A stretch of 64,000 bases of DNA from Bacteriovoracia bacterium. GTDB taxonomy: Bacteria; Bdellovibrionota; UBA1018; CAIPTA01. The DNA lies in NCBI GenBank assembly GCA_050246755.1, contig JBFWVL010000003.1:64001-128000 (forward strand). The letters are read 5' to 3'. The stretch's first letter is position 1. Each line of letters begins with the position of its first letter. Positions 58,137 to 64,000 of the stretch are shown here, one piece after another. The translations under genes were made by a program, and so were the position numbers. Below the pieces are notes generated by a model. That model worked only from the letters and a program-made list of their open reading frames with translations. It was not told where the DNA came from and ran no database searches.

Positions 58137-59360
58137 ATGGGCGGGATCTCTTCTTTTATCGGCCTCCGCTATTTGCGTTCGAAGAAGAGTAACGCTTTTC
58201 TCTCGATGATTACTTTTCTTTCGATCGCGGGCGTGGCGGTGGGGGTTTGCACCCTCATCGTGATCTTATCCGTGATGGATGGATTCGAGGGGGCGCTTAA
58301 AGGCCGGTTAGGGCAGGGGGAATTCCATATCCTGGTAACCCGCGCCGCCGACGACGCCGAGCCTTACTTCGAATTCAACTCCGATCAAGTGAACCGCGTA
58401 TTCTCCCTTAGCCACGAGGTGCAGAGCGTGAATCCCGTGCTCGGCACCGAGGCCATCCTCCGCTCGGGCCGCAAGGTGGCGGGCATGAGCATGCGCGGGA
58501 TTTCCGAGACGCAGATGACTTTGCTGGCCAAAAGCCTCGTGGAGGCCGTGGACGGGCCCAAAGTCCTCACCCGCGAGGGCCTGTGGCTCGGAAAAGAATT
58601 GGCGGAGCAGCTGGGCGCATTTCCTGGGGATAAAGTGCAGGTGATCTCGCCCACCGAAACCGAGGGGCCGATGGAAAGCGTACCGCGGGTGCGTTCCTTT
58701 CGGGTGGACGGAATTTTTGAGAGCGGGATCCCAGAAAAAGACCTGCATACCGTATACGCGTCGCTCGCGGCAGCACAGGAATTTTTGGGTCGTCCCGGAA
58801 AAGTGAATCGCGTGGAGATCAGCGTCAAAGATTTTCAGCATAGCGATGCGGCCGGAAATTTGGTGCGGGAAGACCTCGGTACGGCCTATCTGGTGAAGGA
58901 TTGGAACCAGCTCAATGCCCACTTATTCGCTTCCCTGAAACTCGAGCGCATCACAATGTTCGTGATCCTGGCCATGATCGTGATCGTGGCGAGCTTTAAT
59001 ATCGTAACTTCCTTGAAGATGACGGTGATCGAGAAAAGAAAAGAAATCGCAATCCTGCAAACGATGGGCGCGAGCCCCCGCCAGATCGGCCGCATTTTCC
59101 TCGTGCAGGGTTCGGTGATCGGAAATATCGGCACCGTGATCGGCCTGGTGCTGGGGCTGGGGATCACGTTTTTTCTTCAGCGTTTTCCCATTGTGCAGCT
59201 GCCGGATATTTTCTACGACCGTTCGCTACCCGTAAAAATTTCCCCGCTCTTCATTTCGCTGGTGGTGATGGTGGCGGTCGTCATTGTGCTGGCCGCCGCA
59301 TTTTTCCCCGCCCGTGCGGCCGCGAAGAGTTCTCCACTCGAAGGGATCAGAAACATATGA
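58137..59360 (+). CDS. LolC/E-family ABC permease
   Basis: GLRYLRSK, LSVMDGF, VASFNIV, EKRKEIAIL.TMGA, PARAAAK. Confidence 0.9.
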   Translation: MGGISSFIGLRYLRSKKSNAFLSMITFLSIAGVAVGVCTLIVILSVMDGFEGALKGRLGQGEFHILVTRAADDAEPYFEFNSDQVNRVFSLSHEVQSVNPVLGTEAILRSGRKVAGMSMRGISETQMTLLAKSLVEAVDGPKVLTREGLWLGKELAEQLGAFPGDKVQVISPTETEGPMESVPRVRSFRVDGIFESGIPEKDLHTVYASLAAAQEFLGRPGKVNRVEISVKDFQHSDAAGNLVREDLGTAYLVKDWNQLNAHLFASLKLERITMFVILAMIVIVASFNIVTSLKMTVIEKRKEIAILQTMGASPRQIGRIFLVQGSVIGNIGTVIGLVLGLGITFFLQRFPIVQLPDIFYDRSLPVKISPLFISLVVMVAVVIVLAAAFFPARAAAKSSPLEGIRNI

Positions 59361-60232
59361 AGATTTTTTTGTGCCTTTTTCTATTTTTAAGCGTCTCTCT
59401 TCTCGCGTCCGCCGACCTGAATCCGCCTCCGCTGCGTTTTGCAAAATTGCGTAATCCGATCGTGCTCGTGCACGGCGCCACGATGAAGGGGAGCTCCCTC
59501 GATATTGGCTTTCTTCACTACGGCGAGTACTTTCGCAAATTGCCGGCTTTTCTCGGCAGCACGGGCACCCCCGTAAGGGTGGTGGAGCTCACCACCGATT
59601 CCAGCATCGGCGAGCGGGCCGCGGTGCTTAAAAATTTCCTCGAAACCGAAATGAAAGGGCAAATGGTGAACCTCATCTGCCATTCGCTGGGCGGTCTCGA
59701 TGCGCGTTACGCCGCTTCGGTTTTGCACGCGAACCAAATCGCTTCGATCACCACCATCGGCACCCCTCACCACGGCACGCCGCTGGCCGACTGGGCGGTT
59801 CGGCAGAAGCAAAAGCATACGGCCTGGTATTGGTTCTTCCGCCTCGTAGGCTACGATATGGAGCAGCGTCGTTTTTTACCCGAGCTCAGCACCGAGTACA
59901 TGGCTAATACCTTTAATTCCCGGGTTCCAAATGTTCCCGACGTAAAATACTATTCGGTACAGACGAGGGCGAGCTTCGCCCGACGGAATATGAGCTATCT
60001 ACTGTGGCTTACCGCGCACTGGTTAGAGGGTGAAAAAAGCCCGATGGCCGCTAACGGCCACGACGGACTCGTGCCCTTCGATTCCCAGGCGTGGGGGCAG
60101 GTGGTGAGCACGGGAGAGTTCGACCATTTGGCCCAGATCAACCACCACGAATGGCGCTACGAAGACCAGAGTGCCCAGGTATACCAGAGCTATTCCGAGA
60201 TGTATGGGAACCTCTTCAAAGAGGGACTTTGA
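59357..60232 (+). CDS. Secreted lipase/esterase (alpha/beta hydrolase)
   Basis: PIVLVHG, CHSLGGLD, GTPHHGT, DGLV, DH. Confidence 0.9.
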   Translation: MKIFLCLFLFLSVSLLASADLNPPPLRFAKLRNPIVLVHGATMKGSSLDIGFLHYGEYFRKLPAFLGSTGTPVRVVELTTDSSIGERAAVLKNFLETEMKGQMVNLICHSLGGLDARYAASVLHANQIASITTIGTPHHGTPLADWAVRQKQKHTAWYWFFRLVGYDMEQRRFLPELSTEYMANTFNSRVPNVPDVKYYSVQTRASFARRNMSYLLWLTAHWLEGEKSPMAANGHDGLVPFDSQAWGQVVSTGEFDHLAQINHHEWRYEDQSAQVYQSYSEMYGNLFKEGL

Positions 60233-60286
60233 GGCGCTTGCCAAACCGCGCTAAAACCTGATAAACCGAAGCCTTAGGAGGCACCG

Positions 60287-60517
60287 ATGTTTGGTTTAAG
60301 TTTAGGACATATCGTTATTTTAGCCGTAGTGGTTTTGCTGTTCGGCTCTCGTCGTTTGCCTGAGCTCGGCTCGGCCCTCGGTAAAGGCATGAATGCTTTC
60401 AAAAAAGGCCTCGCGGGCGAAGAAGACCTAGAGCCTTCTCCCGGCCATCGCATCGCTAGCGGCGCTAGAGATCCGGATGCCGTGCTTCCTTCCGCCGACG
60501 ATAAATCCAAAGTCTGA
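60287..60517 (+). CDS. tatA: Twin-arginine translocase TatA/E
   Basis: LLFGSRRLPELGSALGKGMNAFKK. Confidence 0.93.
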   Translation: MFGLSLGHIVILAVVVLLFGSRRLPELGSALGKGMNAFKKGLAGEEDLEPSPGHRIASGARDPDAVLPSADDKSKV

Positions 60518-61512
60518 TGAATTGGCGTTCTCCTCACGATAAACCTCGCAAGGCGAATCGCAAACGTAACGCGCTCCTGGCCGCCATTAGCTTCAGTTTT
60601 ATCGCCTTTTTCCTCCAGGTATTTGGCGCGTGGTATACGGGCAGTCTGGCGTTACTCGGGGACACGGCCCATCTCTTTACCGACCTCGTCTCCTTGTTTA
60701 TGAGCTTGACGGCCGTTTTGCTGGCGGAGCGTCCTACGAATAAAATCCAGAGTTTTGGTTTGTACCGCCTCGAAGTTTTGGCCGCTTTTCTGAATGGTGT
60801 ATTGCTCCTGGTAGTGGCTTTCATGCTCGGCTACGAGAGCGTGGAACGCCTTTTTCATCCTCAGGAAGTATTGGCGCTGCCGTTGCTCGCGGTCTCTTTT
60901 GGCGGCTTACTCCTCAATGTTTTTTCCGCGCTGGTGCTCGCTGCCGCCCTCAAGGGCGAAGACGCGCACGCACATCATGGCCATAACCACGGCCCCACGA
61001 CTTTTGTGCCGGTAGAAGCAAAAGCCGGTTGCGGACACGACCATGGCCATTCCCATAGCCACGACAATCATGACCGCAACCTTAGCTCCGCGTTTCTGCA
61101 CGTGATTAGCGATGCCGTGAGTAGCGTGGCGGTGATGGCGGGCGCGGCGGCCGTTTACTTTACCGGGCGTTCCGCTTTCGACTCGGCGATCGGCCTGTTG
61201 CTCTCGATCGTGATTCTCTATTGGGCCTACCGCTTGCTCCACGATACCGTGCACGTGCTTCTCGAGGGAACTCCCCGCCATATTAAGCCCGAAGCGGTGG
61301 TGGAAAAAGTACGGGCCTTGGATTCCCGCATTTTATTGATTGAGGATCTGCACGTCTGGGAAATTACCTCGCGGATGTACGCGGCCACGGCTGAAGTGAA
61401 AGTGAAGACGATGTCGCTAAGCGAAGCCGATGAACTACGCGTCAGAATAGGAACGACGTTGCACGAAAGTTTCGGCATCGCCCATGCCGTGCTCGCCATT
61501 CGCCCCGAATAA
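60517..61512 (+). CDS. Cation diffusion facilitator (ZitB/CzcD-like)
   Basis: SLALLGDTAHLFTD, His-rich loop, AFLHVISD, DLHVW. Confidence 0.93.
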   Translation: MNWRSPHDKPRKANRKRNALLAAISFSFIAFFLQVFGAWYTGSLALLGDTAHLFTDLVSLFMSLTAVLLAERPTNKIQSFGLYRLEVLAAFLNGVLLLVVAFMLGYESVERLFHPQEVLALPLLAVSFGGLLLNVFSALVLAAALKGEDAHAHHGHNHGPTTFVPVEAKAGCGHDHGHSHSHDNHDRNLSSAFLHVISDAVSSVAVMAGAAAVYFTGRSAFDSAIGLLLSIVILYWAYRLLHDTVHVLLEGTPRHIKPEAVVEKVRALDSRILLIEDLHVWEITSRMYAATAEVKVKTMSLSEADELRVRIGTTLHESFGIAHAVLAIRPE

Positions 61513-61515
61513 AAA

Positions 61516-62139
61516 TTATTTACGCCGGAATAGGCCTAGGAATTCCCGCCCGGCGCGCGGTTTCACGCTTCGCTGCGGGGCCTCGATTTTCAGCTCGAAG
61601 TAGGGACGAAACAGATTTTCCACTTCTTCGCGACTTACTAAAAAAGGCGGCCCCTCTTTCTCGCTCTCGAGGGGAAAGAATAATCCTACTAGCAGGCCGC
61701 CAGGCTTCAGCAGTTGCGCCACCGCCTCCACATAGCGTGGACGCAACGCCGGATCGATGGCGCAAAAAAAGGTATACTCGAGCAGAATGTCGTAGCGGCC
61801 ACGGTGGTAGGGCAGCGTAGGGAGCACGAAAAAATCCTGGCGATAGGCGTATACTTTGGCCGCCGCCTTATGGGCGAGCTCTAGCGAGAGCTGTAAGGCC
61901 TGGGGCGCAAAGTCCACGAGATCTACCTCGCAGCCCGCCTGGGCATAGCGGATCGCGTCGTGACCACGTCCTCCTCCCGGCACCAAAACCACGGCGCCCA
62001 ATGGAATTTGTTTTTCTTCGAGCAGGCGCTCAAATTCCGGCGTAGGCCCCGAAAGGTCCCACGGGGTATTTGCGTCCTGGTAAAACTGGTTCCAAGCGTC
62101 GGCCGACAGATCCTTCATCTTGAGCTTCTCCGGAGTCAC
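61516..62139 (-). CDS. TPMT-family SAM methyltransferase
   Basis: TPWDL, LVPGGGRGHD, EYTFFCAI, GPPF. Confidence 0.9.
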   Translation of the reverse strand: MTPEKLKMKDLSADAWNQFYQDANTPWDLSGPTPEFERLLEEKQIPLGAVVLVPGGGRGHDAIRYAQAGCEVDLVDFAPQALQLSLELAHKAAAKVYAYRQDFFVLPTLPYHRGRYDILLEYTFFCAIDPALRPRYVEAVAQLLKPGGLLVGLFFPLESEKEGPPFLVSREEVENLFRPYFELKIEAPQRSVKPRAGREFLGLFRRK

Positions 62140-62155
62140 TGGTAGGCTCTCGAGT

Positions 62156-62491
62156 ATGCCATACGAATTTTACAAAGTGATGCATTTGGTCGCGATTTTT
62201 CTTTTCATCTCGGGTTCCGCCATTTTGCTGATGGGACAGACGAGAAGTAAATTCTGGATGATGCTAACGGGCATCGCCAGCTTCTTGATTCTCGTTGCGG
62301 GAATGGGAATGGTAGCGAAACTGCAGATCGGCTTCCCGGGATGGGTCGTGGGCAAGATGGTGATCTGGCTCGTGATCACGGGCTTGGGGCATATGGTGGC
62401 GAAGAGATTCCCGGCGTATGCGATGCAGGCGTATTGGGTGACGATTATTTTGGCGGGTGCGGCGGCTGGTCTGGCTATTTACAAACCTTAA
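62156..62491 (+). CDS. Small membrane protein (SirB2-like)
   Basis: YKVMHL, GIASFLILVAG, PGWVVGK, YKP; TTGAGC-N17-TAGGCT-N7-ATG upstream. Confidence 0.75.
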   Translation: MPYEFYKVMHLVAIFLFISGSAILLMGQTRSKFWMMLTGIASFLILVAGMGMVAKLQIGFPGWVVGKMVIWLVITGLGHMVAKRFPAYAMQAYWVTIILAGAAAGLAIYKP

Positions 62492-63470
62492 ACTGGCCTA
62501 CATGATTGTTGTTTTCAGGGCCGCTCGTTTAGGGATTTCCCTGCTCTCAAACCAAGTTTTCGTTATGAAAATGCGCGTAGATCACGAGATGCGCATAAAG
62601 GCGGTCGGCTTGCTTGGTTGTGCACCAGGTTTTGCGGATTAAGCGATTCACATTGGCGCGAAACATCGCGCAGGTATGGTTAAGGCTAAAGAGCGGATCA
62701 AAGACCACCTTCTTTAACTCCCCCTGTCCGGTATTGGCCCCTCGCTTTCCCTTAAACGTCACATGCCGGGCTTTAGGGAAGAACTTTTTCACGTCCTTTG
62801 GGTAGTGAGGATTGCTGTCTGACTTAATGATCGCGTCTTCTTCAACGAAGGGAAGGATCTTTTGGAACAGCTTTCGTCGGCCTTCTCTACGAAAATCTGG
62901 CCGGTAGCCGTATTTTACCTTCGCCTTCCTGGTCAATAGTCCCTTGGCCGGCATCACGCTCACTTCAAGCCCCAGGATTCTTCTGGTTCCTGATTCCACC
63001 GCTAAAGTAATGGAGAGGGGTTTGCATTTCGTATGCTCAAAGGTTTCAAGATCATCGAACTCGATCTCGGCGGCCTTTTTCTCGTAGTTATTGCTCATCA
63101 ATAGAAATTCAGACTTCAACGATAGGAAATAGAACTTCCTCGCCACCGTTACCCTGGTTAAACACAGAATTTTGGCGATTCTTCGCTGGGAGACGGTCGA
63201 GGCAAAGAGTTTACGGATGAGCTCGTTCTTGTGGCGCTTCTTCTGGCGGTAGCATTCCTGGTAGGTGGCTCTCGAAAAGGCTTTCTTACAGCCCAGGCAG
63301 CGGAACCTTTGGATCCAGCTAGAGTCCGATGTTCGATAATAGACGCCGTAGCGTACGATTCCACTACGGGGAAGCCTGTCTATCTCACATTTAGGGCACT
63401 CTGGGCGATGCATGCGCCCGGCAAAAGCAAGTTCCTGGCCAATGAAAATCAACAATCATGTAGACCGGTT
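62491..63470. mobile_element. IS1/IS1595-like insertion sequence with terminal inverted repeats
   Basis: AACTGGCCTACATGATTGTTG-TTTTCA (62491-62517) vs reverse complement AACCGGTCTACATGATTGTTGATTTTCA (63470-63443). Confidence 0.85.
62547..63413 (-). CDS. IS1-like transposase, single ORF
   Basis: CPKC...CLGC zinc ribbon, SQRRIAKIL HTH, IEFDDLETF, KSD, RLIRKTWCTTK. Confidence 0.82.
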   Translation of the reverse strand: MHRPECPKCEIDRLPRSGIVRYGVYYRTSDSSWIQRFRCLGCKKAFSRATYQECYRQKKRHKNELIRKLFASTVSQRRIAKILCLTRVTVARKFYFLSLKSEFLLMSNNYEKKAAEIEFDDLETFEHTKCKPLSITLAVESGTRRILGLEVSVMPAKGLLTRKAKVKYGYRPDFRREGRRKLFQKILPFVEEDAIIKSDSNPHYPKDVKKFFPKARHVTFKGKRGANTGQGELKKVVFDPLFSLNHTCAMFRANVNRLIRKTWCTTKQADRLYAHLVIYAHFHNENLV

Positions 63471-63912
63471 TGTTAATTCTTCTCCATACATAGAATAGCT
63501 CATCTTCGCCCAATTGCAGGCGGATCACTAGGTTCCCGTCGGTAAATTTGAACGGTGTGCGGGTAACTTTTCCAGGCTGCATATCGGGGTCTTGGCTGCA
63601 GAGCTGTGTGTTCGCCGGATCCACCCATTCCGTTTGGTCCACGAGGATATTGTCCTCGATCTGGTACTTACCCGTTCGCTGGCAGTGATCATGCTCGCCC
63701 TCGTGCCACCAGTAGAGCCGGCTCGCCCCATCGGGTTTTAGCTCGTAGCGCAGGCGAAGCGTATCTTCCGGCTTTTCGGGAATTTCCTCCCCCTTATAGA
63801 CCTTCATAAAATATGCCCAGTGCCCTACCACTGTATCTTCGGCCCTGGCATCCATCGCCACGAAGAGCACCCCGGATACCGCGAGCAGTATCCCCAGTAG
63901 TAATTTTTTCAT
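63391..63912 (-). CDS. Secreted lipocalin-like protein; C-terminus reads into the IS end
   Basis: Signal peptide, VVGHW, G.Y, two Cys; about 26 final codons lie inside the IS. Confidence 0.7.
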   Translation of the reverse strand: MKKLLLGILLAVSGVLFVAMDARAEDTVVGHWAYFMKVYKGEEIPEKPEDTLRLRYELKPDGASRLYWWHEGEHDHCQRTGKYQIEDNILVDQTEWVDPANTQLCSQDPDMQPGKVTRTPFKFTDGNLVIRLQLGEDELFYVWRRINKPVYMIVDFHWPGTCFCRAHASPRVP

Positions 63913-64000
63913 TCAACCTTCCAGCCGCGGTCCTTCGCGGTTTGTAGAACCAGGCGCGTTTGTGGTTCCGAAAGCAATCCTTCGGCCGCGCTTCGCAGCG
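63909..64000 (-). CDS. 3' end of an unknown gene
   Basis: ...LRSAAEGLLSEPQTRLVLQTAKDRGWKVE*; ATGA overlap with the next gene. Confidence 0.5.
   Translation of the reverse strand, partial: LRSAAEGLLSEPQTRLVLQTAKDRGWKVE

Noticed and set aside
1-64000. CRISPR array, rRNA, or REP arrays around the RAYT
   Set aside because: No regularly spaced direct repeats, rRNA-like sequence or repeated REP palindromes found by eye

Overview
A GC-rich bacterial chromosomal segment, probably from Bdellovibrionota/Oligoflexia. That assignment is inferred from a TIGR02147/DUF4423-type regulator with a GNGGD-motif secreted partner, an mtEFG1-like EF-G, tandem L,D-transpeptidases and several sigma-54 modules. All family calls are by-eye motif recognition; no searches were run. 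In order: an ArsA-ATPase pair; tRNA-Ala(GGC); an accessory patch (DUF4423 regulator, LRR protein, an IS3-family remnant inserted into a RAYT transposase, a PARP-motif secreted protein); a PAS histidine kinase, MFS transporter and clostripain. Next is the best candidate for an undescribed system (11.9-15.3 kb): a LuxI/FeeM-like acyltransferase + fatty-acid desaturase + heme-oxygenase-like diiron enzyme operon facing a stand-alone PAS-like protein and an XRE regulator, possibly a lipid-signal synthesis/sensing circuit. A sigma-54 island follows (15.6-23.8 kb) with three -24/-12 promoters, two NtrC-type activators, an Hpt protein, a Zn-finger protein and four diverged HPF/RaiA-fold-like proteins. 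The rest is mostly housekeeping (lon, pyrD, extended rpmB, fusA, pepP, ABC-F, rarA, mltA, pruA, fadI/fadJ, lolC/E, tatA, CDF), with paralog arrays (two Cys-rich lipoproteins, three L,D-transpeptidases) and an IS1-like element with clear terminal inverted repeats. Many genes look leaderless (-10 box 6-8 nt before ATG).
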